Shown here: positions 9,100 to 18,390 of the stretch, one piece after another
Numbering within the stretch: the stretch's first letter is position 1
How the letters are laid out: each line of letters begins with the position of its first letter
Assembly: GCA_049724395.1 (NCBI GenBank)
Contig: JAUGWO010000037.1
Span: 51,485-71,484 of the forward strand
Length of the DNA stretch: 20,000 nt
Direction of reading: 5' to 3'
From: Spongospora subterranea f. sp. subterranea
Taxonomy: Eukaryota
The notes under the pieces: generated by a model
Told to the model about the DNA's origin: nothing
The model's database searches: none
Seen by the model: only the letters and a program-made list of their open reading frames with translations
Program-made: the position numbers and the translations under genes

Positions 9100-10230
9100 A
9101 TCTTGAATATATCGAGCCAATCCTCGAACCTGTGGCGTATTCCAGATTTCAGGGGCTCCGATTCCCAGATCGACTGGTTGTGCCAAATCAGTACTGCCAC
9201 CTGGTATACAATGCTCAACAGAAACTCCAAGGTCCTGAAACTTGGCCACAACCGTGGCCATCATGTGGCAACGGTACGAATCAAGCAGAAGCAGAATCAA
9301 CGCGCGTTCATCGTTAAGATTACTGTTCTTGATATATGGCTCCAATACCTGTCAAGCAATCAAATACGAATAAAACGAGCTGATATGTTTTACATTGTCG
9401 ATCCACTTGATCATCATTTTTTCATCCATCCAGGCGTTATCCTGGCAAGCATAAGTTGCCCCATCTGAAAAATTTGGGGATAATCGGGCAATCAGGCCTG
9501 ACGATATGCCCTTGAGTATTATAATTGGTACGAGGATGTCGCCATTAACGCCAACTATTACTCGTAGGGTAAAGTTTGTGCTTGAGCTAATATTCACCGT
9601 TCGTGCACCGATACGATTTAACTCGGCGCCGGCTTCCATTGAAAAACCCCTGGCGTCTGATCCATGTTCAGGATCAGATGCTGCGCTGGCAACGAAGGTA
9701 ATTGCTTTCTGATTGACATGACAAAGTCAGCCGCCAATTTTCGGAGGGGTTTTGCTGTGCGACATTCGTGACAATCCTGATCCCATAGCGGTGACTTTTG
9801 ACAAAACGGAGGATAATGGAGAGTCTCGCCCCTCCTGATTTCCCTTTAAACTCCCCATTTATGGATTTTATGAAAGAACCGACCATCCTCATTGAAACCG
9901 CTGAAGTGATGGCATCTTAGGACATGAAAACAGACGAATCGATGGAAAGCGTTACCAAAACCACATTCTCGTCTCCAAAAATGATACCATAAAATATCTT
10001 CTTGGTGAGAGTCCCGAATGGACCGAGCACCTGCGAAGACGCTCTTTGTCGATCGACATAATTGAAGCTGTTCGAGAATTCTCCTCCAGCGAGAAACTTG
10101 TCCAAGTTGACATTTAAACTAGCTCAGACCGCTTTGGCCGGTATATCAGGAAGGCCTGCATCGATAGTTTTTAAAATCTCTAACTTCTCAATGGCGGTGT
10201 CTGGTCTCCGTTGGGGAATGATATATCCTG
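9100..10230 (-). mobile_element. Second pogo/Tigger-type DDE transposase relic, near full length, multiple frameshifts
   Basis: N-terminal HTH-like RRPDTAIEKLEILKTI (~10210) and RFVKSHRYGIRIVTNVAQ; NMDQTP (9668-9651); GARTV; PIIILKG; QDNAWMDEKMMIKWI; LLLLDSYRCH; IPGGSTDLAQPVDLGI. Confidence 0.9.
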
Positions 10231-10251
10231 TATCAGTACATCCAATGGTGT

Positions 10252-10560
10252 TTATTTAGAGAACATACAAGTTAATAACTTGAATCGCACGCCAACGGAT
10301 TTTGACCGGGACTTTGTACTCCCCCATCCCCATCCAGAAACCTGTGTTGTTAGGGGGTACAAAGTCCCACATTCAACGGCAGTATCAGCTTGAGGAAAAG
10401 ACTTTCTTTTGGCTTGATCCCGACTAGTATCGGCTTGAGGAAAATCCTTTCTTTTCCGACTAGTATTGGCTTGATTCCCTGTCTTCAGACTACTTTGGGA
10501 TCGAGTATCAAATATTACTCCTTTTCTCTCAGTGATTTGAGGAATAGTACTGACTTTCAA
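10252..10560 (-). pseudogene. Out-of-frame linker 2 of the tandem-domain secreted protein (homology ends ~10382)
   Basis: LKVSTIPQITE...NQANTSRKRKDFPQADTSRDQAKRKSFPQADT is homologous to linker 1. It is separated from unit 2 by a 2-nt excess at ~10581-10583. Confidence 0.65.
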
Positions 10561-11687
10561 AGATTCAAGTAAGCGGTGAATATCTCGTCTTTGGCTTCAT
10601 TTGCGATCCCAGGTTGGCGCTTGTCAATAATACGGTAGAGAGAATGGCAAAATAAATCCGATAACATTTCTCCTGCTGTGTCAGAATGTGAATCCTTCGA
10701 GTATAACATTCTCCCGAAACGCTTATCAGCACGAAACCGGCGCATGATGACCGGGGCAACGTATTGAATGGCTTCGTCTTCCTTCATGCCGCATAGCGAC
10801 AATAATACGAAATCAGCTTGTAAACAGAGGTTCATAGAAAACATCTGCACATAGTACCGACTTGTGGATCGGATCACGTTGCTGATATGGAGCAATATTC
10901 GCTTGATTTCGACAGCATGAACGGGATAATTTGTTGAGATAGCGTCACTTTCATGTGGGTACAGCCAGCCATCATCAGGATCGCCCTGATCGTTAAGCTT
11001 CTTTGTGAGAAGGTTCTCTTTGATATACAATATCAGCCGTTGGTACAAAATTGGTTTTGGTGGCGTGATGACAGGTTGAGAACCCATGTTCAGGCCGAAA
11101 TCTGATCCGGAATCGAACAAGCACTTGCAGATCAGTATTCGGAGATCATCGGCGACTTCTGTTGCGGCTTTAGGAAAGACAATATGGTGAAAATTCGTGA
11201 ATTGGACATGATCAATATGGTTTTCCGGATCATTATCCCTTTCAATTGACTTAGCAAGATCTAGAAATCTTGCTTTTATGTCAGTTTCAAGTACAACATT
11301 GTTGGGGTTGACGGAACACCACACCATATACTCTTTATATTCGGGGGGATATTTTCTTTTGTGACGTTTAGTGATAGTGCCCAATGGTGCCGAATTGTCG
11401 CTCGCCAAACTGGAAGTGATAGAGGGCGATCCAGAGGCCAACTGGGAACTTTGGGGAGCTGGGGGAATGGATGGAGGGACCAAGTCTGGAATAGGCTGAT
11501 TAAACTGGGCTTGATCCAGACTAGTATTGGCTTGAAGAGAAGCCTTTCTTTTGCGACGAGAGTTGGGTCTAGTATTGGCTGTTGGAGTAGCCTTTCTTTC
11601 TTGAATACTTTTGGGTCCAGGAATAGGAATGTTTCTCCGAATAGGGTCTTGAGGAACCTCAGTGATTTGAGGAATAGTACTTGACTT
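10557..11687 (-). CDS. Linker 1 plus unit 2 of the orphan tandem-domain protein (no own signal peptide; open frame extends upstream of the listed ORF)
   Basis: The frame of ORF 10557..11483 is open back to 11687: STIPQITEVPQDPIRRNIPIPGPKSIQERKATPTANTRPNSRRKRKASLQANTSLDQAQFNQPIPDLVPPSIPP... The remainder is a clear paralogue of unit 1 (52/53 identity over AISTNYP...LSLCGM). Confidence 0.75.
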   Translation of the reverse strand, partial: KSSTIPQITEVPQDPIRRNIPIPGPKSIQERKATPTANTRPNSRRKRKASLQANTSLDQAQFNQPIPDLVPPSIPPAPQSSQLASGSPSITSSLASDNSAPLGTITKRHKRKYPPEYKEYMVWCSVNPNNVVLETDIKARFLDLAKSIERDNDPENHIDHVQFTNFHHIVFPKAATEVADDLRILICKCLFDSGSDFGLNMGSQPVITPPKPILYQRLILYIKENLLTKKLNDQGDPDDGWLYPHESDAISTNYPVHAVEIKRILLHISNVIRSTSRYYVQMFSMNLCLQADFVLLSLCGMKEDEAIQYVAPVIMRRFRADKRFGRMLYSKDSHSDTAGEMLSDLFCHSLYRIIDKRQPGIANEAKDEIFTAYLNL

Positions 11688-12846
11688 TCAAAGAATCAAG
11701 TAAGCGGTGGAGCTCGTATGTCGCTTCATTTGCGATCCCAGCTTGGCGCTTGTCAATAATACGGTGGAGAGAAAAACAAAATATCTCAGATAACATTGTC
11801 CCTGCTTTGTCAGAATGTGAGTCCTTCGTGTATATTATTCTCCCGGGACGCTTATCAGCAAGATGCCAGCGGATGATGACCGGGGCAACGTATCGAATGG
11901 CTTCGTCTTCCTCCATGCCGCATAACGACAATAACACGAAATCAGCTTGTAAACAGAGGTTCATAGAAAACATCTGCACATAATACCGCCCTGTGGATCG
12001 GATCACGTTGCTGATATGGAGCAATATTCGCTTGATTTCGACAGCATGAACGGGATAATTCGTTGAGATAGCCTTACTTTCATGTGGGTACAGCCAGCCA
12101 TCTTTAGGATCGCCATGATATTTGCGCTTCCTTAAATTAGCTATTGGGGGAAGTTGTTGTTTGATATACAATATCAGTCGTTGGTACACAATTGGTTTTG
12201 GTGGCGTGATGACAGGTTCAGAACCCAAGTTCACTCGGAAACCTGATCCGGAATCGGACAAGCATTTGTTTATCAGAATCCGGAGATCATCGGCGGCTGA
12301 TGATGTGGCCTTAGGAAAGACAACGTGATGAAAATTCGTGATTGGGACATGATCAACATGGTTTTCCGGATCATTAACCCTTTCAATTGAATCAGCAAGA
12401 AGTAAGAATTTTTGTTTCATGTCTTCTTCTGGTACAGCGTATTTGGCGTTGTTGAACCGCCAAACAGTATTATACTCTTCATAATCGGGGGGATAATTAT
12501 GGCTCGAAATAAGTTGAGTGGTGATCGCACCCTGTGGTGCCGAATCGTAGTTTCCCAAACTGAGAGTGATAGAGGGCGGGCCAGTGGTTAACTCGGAACT
12601 TTGTGCATTTGGGGGAATGGTTGGAGGGACGAAGTCTGGAATATGCAGATCGAACTGCGTTCCCATCTTGAGCAGATCGACGATATTCGAATGACTTTCA
12701 TCTAGAAAGGTTGTTGTGATGGCATTGGAGAAGGGGAACCGATATTCTGATGGTTGCGGGAGAACAGGGAATGGAATTGGTTCATCTTCAAAAGCCGATA
12801 CGCAACGAAGTAACTCAATGGCTATTATTACCCGAAAATAGATCAT
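11659..12846 (-). CDS. Secreted orphan protein (candidate effector), unit 1; intronless, 395 aa from ATG 12846
   Basis: MIYFRVIIAIELLRCVSA-FEDE is a plausible signal peptide. It is followed by a P/S/T-rich region and a ~270-aa domain I do not recognise, with an internal basic LRKRK. Confidence 0.8.
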   Translation of the reverse strand: MIYFRVIIAIELLRCVSAFEDEPIPFPVLPQPSEYRFPFSNAITTTFLDESHSNIVDLLKMGTQFDLHIPDFVPPTIPPNAQSSELTTGPPSITLSLGNYDSAPQGAITTQLISSHNYPPDYEEYNTVWRFNNAKYAVPEEDMKQKFLLLADSIERVNDPENHVDHVPITNFHHVVFPKATSSAADDLRILINKCLSDSGSGFRVNLGSEPVITPPKPIVYQRLILYIKQQLPPIANLRKRKYHGDPKDGWLYPHESKAISTNYPVHAVEIKRILLHISNVIRSTGRYYVQMFSMNLCLQADFVLLSLCGMEEDEAIRYVAPVIIRWHLADKRPGRIIYTKDSHSDKAGTMLSEIFCFSLHRIIDKRQAGIANEATYELHRLLDSLKVKYYSSNH

Positions 12847-13334
12847 GACGAACAGTATAATACTGAAGGGACGTTTGGTCTGCGGGTACTGTAGTACTGT
12901 CAACAATTGTTCGATGACCGAATCCCAGTGTCCGTGAATCGTAAAACTGCGCGATTCGCTTTGGATTTTGGTCCCGCTCATCCTGATCCTATTGGTTCTG
13001 ATACTGTCGTCTGAATGGGCTTGCCTTCCATACCACACGATGCATGTTTCCCAAAGGGCAACCGAAACTTGCTGCATTAGTAGGGAAATGCCGCACCACT
13101 TGAACCTGGGGCTTTATGATGGAGCAGTGCCAATATTCGCGAGACCGAGGAGGATGTCCCGTCTAGCAGAAGAACATCTTTAGGCGTGGCCAACGAGCTA
13201 CCATTTGGTTTTTTGAAATACCTCTTCTGAATGAGGTTTGCCGGCCTTTGTGGTGGATCCTTATACTGGACCTCGAAGGGTTATAGATATGGTTCCTGTG
13301 AATTTATCATTTTCCGGCCACCAGGAAATATTTA

Positions 13335-14052
13335 TTGCCCATTCAAGGACCTCGTTGTCAAAACGCAAAAAGAGGGATAAAGTCAATCTGTACTTTGTCC
13401 ATGAGCTTTACCTTTGATAGACCCTCTTCAGAATACAATATTACCAGCAGTTGCCAAGATCACAATCATGAGATTGATAATTGTAATATAACTCCCGTCG
13501 GTGGACTGAATCAAGTAACTCTTGACGTGGATCTGAATGCAAGCGAGCGTGAATCAATTCATAGTTTTGCTCGCTACAATTTCCCGTTGTCCAAGGTATT
13601 CATTGTTTGCACGTCTACAATAAATAAGATTACTGAGAACCCATCCAATTAGATTAGGGAACTTATGGAGGGATCAGTCCTTGTAAAACGTATTTGACTG
13701 GCCTCTTGTCAAGGTCGATCCGACTCGGAAAAAAATTGCATTTCGGCAAAGATCCGGATTGTATGACCAAGTTCATGGAAGCGGGCTATGAGCTTTCGGG
13801 CTGCTCGATGTGTTTTCTAGTATGCTATAAAAACATGTCGCTGCGTCTATCAACTGTTTACTTGCACGTGTCAATCATCAGTGTTCGTTTCTTTCAGACT
13901 GTTCAAGTGTCACAATACGCCACAGTTTATGGCGACTTCACCATCGTTGATGGTACCCATAACACCACCGCATATAATTTGAAGTTGATGCCGTTTACAA
14001 ACGTTAATTGCCTGGACAAGTGTGTCATCATTGGCGCTTTGCTCTACGAATC
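13335..14052 (+). mobile_element. Mutator-like (MULE) transposase fragment, truncated in the catalytic domain
   Basis: FAR1/WRKY-like C...C...HNH (RCQN...ICTLSMSFTFD...YNITSSCQDHNH); probable intron 13595-13651; then YGDFTIVDGTHNTTAYNLKLMPFTNVNCLDKCVIIGALLYES, matching the MULE DxT motif region. Confidence 0.85.
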
Positions 14053-14169
14053 CGCCACTGATAACACACTTGCCCAGGCAATCAACGTTTGTAAACGGCA
14101 TCAACTTCAAATTATATGCGGTGGTGTTTTGTGTACCATCAACGATGGTGAAGTCGCCATAAACTGTGG
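13920..14169. repeat. Fold-back: 117-bp inverted arms (13920-14036, 14053-14169) with a 16-nt loop
   Basis: Arms are reverse complements with 6 mismatches counted. Both strands encode the TVYGDFTIVDGT...KCVI peptide. Confidence 0.95.
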
Positions 14170-14649
14170 ATATTTTTACCATTTTCGGATAGATATTGGA
14201 TTTAGAGTGTGGGTGAGAGTTATGGTTTCTGACCACCGGGGCGCTGGGATGATATTGACAAGGAAAGTAGACTAGACGCATTACTCGCCACATTCGAGGA
14301 CGAAGATCTGGAATAAAGGCATGCGAAATATTCAATTTAGTTGATCAATTCGACAAAATTTTACAGAACGCGTAAATTCCTTTGAGTGATCCAGCACGAA
14401 ATCAAATGAAGAGAACCGAGAGCCAATCTCATTGGTGATGGGTTTAATTATGCGTTAGATGTTAGATTCATAGCTGTAAATCTTATTCATCGTTGTTGGG
14501 ATTGGTGGATTGTCAGACTTCCTCCCACCGTCCATCACTATTTCTCACTCACCGGCACCGCCATACGTATCAATCAAGGAAACTGCAACGGCATTTCAAC
14601 GTGGAATGCATTCAGTTTTTGATTATTTAATACCGATGATCTCCTTGGG

Positions 14650-15450
14650 TTTGCGAAAAATGAAGAGCGCCTTCACTGTGTTTCGAAAGTGTCGGGAATA
14701 TGGTCTCAAGTTGAATGCTTTGAAATGGCGTTTTTACCAGACCCCGCTTTATGGTGCTGAAGATTTATTCTGCTCAAGGTACTATCGGCGAAACGCCTCA
14801 CAGTTTCAACACAGATTTACCCTCCCACAACGGTGGCGCAGTTGATGCAGTTCATTTGTGTAGTAAATTAGCTCTCGGAAAGTCTTCCAAATTGTGCCCA
14901 GAAGTATGCAGCAAGGATTCATCGTGATGATGTCGGATGGTCTGGACAGCATTCACCTCAATTTTTAAAGGTTCCAACGATACGAGGGTATTACCTCAGC
15001 GGACAGAGTCCCCTTGATTCTGGCGATGTAGCAACGAGACGCTTCCGCCGTCTTATCAATCAGGCTAGCCTCCGCTCATTTCGTGCAGGGTTTTTAGGGT
15101 CGTTATTGAAGCAGTTCGTAACTGTGCTGAGATTGCCTTTCTTAATATCAAGCTAGTTCCACGCCTTTGTACTGATGCCAGTAAGATATTTAAATGATCG
15201 TAAGAACGCAAGTATCACACGAAGATCCGTTTTTGCCCTTCGACCAGCAACGCCATGAACCGCGTGCTGTTCCCCGGTTTGATTATCTCCTTTGTACCGG
15301 TAAGTTGGTTTTTCATTATGATCCATGCATCGTCATACTCTCGACAAAATCCTCGACGGCGGCTGCATTTGGATGCCAAACGATATGTAATCGAAAGTAT
15401 TCCGGGTGAAGAGAATGTTTGGGCGGATATTGGCACAAGATGGGGCATGG
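14650..15450 (+). mobile_element. Ty3/Gypsy RT C-terminus, connection and RNase H relic
   Basis: VFRKCREYGLKLNALKWRF; PTTVAQLMQFI; LCTDAS (~15165-15182); TQVSHEDPFLPFDQQRHEP; YVIESIPGEENVWADIGTRWG. Many indels and stops. Confidence 0.85.
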
Positions 15451-15529
15451 TGGGCCAGAAGACTGAAAATATAACGAGATTGGCATCAATAAGTCCAGAA
15501 CTCCTGGAATCATTCAACCGATGATGTAT

Positions 15530-15712
15530 CCTAAAGAACCGCAGGCGATACTCATGAATTTCACTTATTGAATCAGTTACCAAATTTTTTACGCTGATGA
15601 TGTGGTCAGACACGGTTTTAACAATTTGATGTGGACCGGACAGAAATCTTGGAACCCGTATAATGTAGCGAATTGAAACTAAGACATAATCACCTCGGCT
15701 GAAATTGAGACG
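15530..15712 (-). mobile_element. Ty3/Gypsy integrase C-terminal (GPY/F-type) fragment, opposite strand to the adjacent RT-RNase H relic
   Basis: NFSRGDYVLV...SGPHQIVKTVSDHIISVKNLVTDSISEIHEYRLRFF matches FxxGDxVLV...GPxxV...VHxxRLKxY. Confidence 0.75.
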
Positions 15713-16759
15713 TCTGTGGTTTTGACTGCCATTCGATTGAGCGATCTCGTCGTAATTCTCTTTTAATATCCGCTTCCTTGTTTATGAGCATCACCTCCTG
15801 CAGTTTTATGATAATGATTGAGTTTTGTCAAAATGCGATTTACTAGGATGACCCTGAATACGAGTGAAGAAGCCAGGTTGGACACTCTCTACATAATGGT
15901 TAGTCGGCACAAGTCAACTACAGGTAGTGAGGCACTGACAACCACTGAACACCTTTTCATAGGTTGGATGTCTTGATATGAGTCATCCGCTGACATCACC
16001 ACATTGATTGAGGCGTTGCGAGAGAGACTAGAGCGTACACGGCCTCAATTAAAAGAAAACCTGGAGGAGCATCTCAATATATTTTAGCTATTGGGGCCAA
16101 ATCAAATCGTTCTCAGAAGAAGAATTCATTCCTGAAGACTGTACTGCATTGGGTTTATCATGACTTTAATATCAAAACTCAATCTTTATACGGAGATAAT
16201 GTTCCTGGACGATAATGAAAGTATTTGACCTACAGATGCTTTTTGGCATTGTCAGAGATGCCCATGTCGTGCTCCATGATTTTGAAATTGCTGGGACTTT
16301 CAAACGGCAAAGCTTGAGACGTTTTAATCCTGTCAGAACAATAGCATTCCAAATCGTGTGCTTTTCCACAAACCATCTACCAATTCTGAAGTCTACTCTA
16401 CCTCCCCATCATGACGATCGATTCAGCTCCACATACCATTCGGAGCATGCTAAAGTTCCTGTTGTTAAATGTGTCTCATTTGCTGATGCTACTCTACTAC
16501 TGTTGCATATCAGGAAGATATTTTGAATTGCAGTAGAATCAAATACCTTTAGAAGATATTGGGAATTTCCAACTCCAACTCCATTCTCACGCATACGAGA
16601 GACTGATGATGGAGCTGATTTCTTCCATTATGGGTTAAATTTTTGGAAAATTGTTTGCTGATAGTTTGAGGGGTACTGCATAATGTGGTTATATTCGATC
16701 ACATGTGGCGTATCTTGTAAGAGGGATACTGCATAATGTGGAATCTAATGTAGTTGGAT

Positions 16760-16880
16760 TATAGCGGATCGACACATCATAATCTTTGTCTTGAAGTAAA
16801 GCCAACATACGTCTTTTCCACATAGGAAAATCGTCGGCACCGTGTAGTTTAGATATCTGGAGCCCTGGTATGGACATCGC
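16760..16880 (-). mobile_element. Ty1/Copia gag N-terminal relic
   Basis: MSIPGLQISKLHGADDFPMWKRRMLALLQDKD matches the IxKLxGxxNFxxWKxRMxALL (DUF4219) motif. Confidence 0.7.
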
Positions 16881-17117
16881 AGAATAATAATGCACTTGGG
16901 GAGGTTTTCGGCGCTACTGTATGTTGTGCTTTTGGCCAAAGTGCACTCTATCGGCAGTGACGCCTCAGTACTGGAGTAGCCAGGTGAAAGATAGGACAAT
17001 AGGATTGTATTTTCTAATGATGAGAGAAAATTTCAGGGATCTTGCGATGTGCAACGGTAGTCCAAGATAACGCTGCGGCACTACATTCCCCTGAGAACAG
17101 GCGAATTCTGAAAAACG

Positions 17118-17243
17118 GTATTTTTCTCGAGGTGAACTTGAATCGAATTAATCTGTCTAAATTGTCATTATAACGCAGACAGACTCAATTCAATTGGACC
17201 ATAATTAACAATACTACCATCAAATTCACCTCGAGAAAAATAC
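17118..17243. mobile_element. MITE-like 126-bp element with 24-bp terminal inverted repeats
   Basis: GTATTTTTCTCGAGGTGAACTTGA (17118-17141) vs TCAAATTCACCTCGAGAAAAATAC (17220-17243), 23/24 match, with an AT-rich non-coding interior. No clear TSD except a possible TA. Confidence 0.5.
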
Positions 17244-17649
17244 AATGCGCAATTGCCAGACAAAGGAATCCAGCAACCGAATGGATCACGACGACCCTTA
17301 ATTATCAGGAACCCTTATTCCAACTTATGGAATCGATCAATGAATCGGTTTCTTGCCCAGACATTTTGTGCTCCTGAAGCTTCTGTACGATAATAGCCAC
17401 ATGTCATAGAAAATCTTCAGAATGCTAGACTTTCAAAGCGCTTACTTGAACTTAATGGTGAATGTAAGTTTATCATTCATCTAAACTTGATATAGGTAAG
17501 AAAGGATTCATAAGCCATAGACTGAAATCTGGTGGAAGTTCTTTGGATATGCGGCGAGTCCAGTACAGTAAGAATAATGAATCAGTAATCGGCAAATCGA
17601 TCGTTAAGTCCACTGTCACCGAGAAAACATTGGACTCCCTTGACATCCT

Positions 17650-17925
17650 TTTGGGGTCGATGTATTCTATGAAGAGCTCATCCATCAAGCGTTGAAAGAA
17701 CGCAGGAACCAAGTACTGGTAGTGCCCTATCCATAGTTGAATGCAGTTTTCTATTCGTCTCCTTCCTTGACCGGGACCAGATTGAATGCCTCACTGAAGT
17801 CGATCTTGGTAAGAATCTTCGCACGGTCGAGTTGTCGTAGAATGTCGTTTATTGGAGGAAGAGGGTAAGGTTCAGGATCGGTGATAAGGTTGAGTTCCCT
17901 GAAATTGACGCACAGGCCATTGACT
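17650..17925 (-). mobile_element. Ty3/Gypsy reverse transcriptase N-terminal relic
   Basis: LCVNFRELNLITDPEPYPLPPINDILRQLDRAKILTKIDFSEAFNLVPVKEGDE*KTAF ... PAFFQRLMDELF. Confidence 0.92.
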
Positions 17926-18089
17926 GGAATCGGCTTTGCTTCGTAGCGCTTCTTCAATTTCTCAGGAACCTATTTCGATTCCTGGTCTGGCGTCGCTGGA
18001 TTGCTCTGACGCTTCGATTGTGAGCAACTATTGTTAGAATTTTGCTTTGATCGACTCGTGGTTTATCAGATGGTTTATCAGATGACCAT

Positions 18090-18390
18090 CTGGCGCAGCG
18101 TTGGAATCTGTCCTGGTCCTTGGTCGTCGTCAGAATCAGCTTGAATGCCTTGGGCACGTTGTGCTTCACTTCATCGTCATTACTGATTTCCACTTGCTGT
18201 TCGATTGCATTTTTCAGGGCTGGTGGACCTAGTCCTTCCAACAAAATTGCGATTTTGCGTTTCGAGACCGTGGTCCTTGATTAAAGGTTTTCGAAGGACA
18301 TCAAGTAGCTGATCACCTGATTCTCCGCACTCGTGATTTCAAAATTCATCAGGATTGTATCTCGAATATAATCTCTTTTAGATCTTGACG
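18090..18390 (-). mobile_element. Probable Gypsy gag relic upstream of the RT fragment
   Basis: ILMNFEITSAENQVISYLMSFENL ... ILLEGLGPPALKNAIEQQVEISNDDEVKHNVPKAFKLIL resembles gag of protist/oomycete Gypsy elements. It is on the same strand as, and upstream of, the RT. Confidence 0.45.

Noticed and set aside
10554..10562. In-frame CTT TGA at the end of unit 2 resembles the bacterial prfB +1 frameshift site
   Set aside because: A +1 shift leads to a stop within 10 codons. Joining linker 2 needs -1/+2, and alignment with unit 1 places the indel ~20 nt upstream.
12847..13077. 77-aa N-terminal extension in the listed 472-aa ORF
   Set aside because: The signal peptide begins at Met 12846; the extension looks like a chance open frame.
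16668..16741. Two 21-bp repeats GAGGG(G/A)TACTGCATAATGTGG separated by 32 bp, CRISPR-like spacing
   Set aside because: Only two copies, no cas genes, eukaryotic context, and adjacent to a Copia gag relic; a local duplication is simpler.
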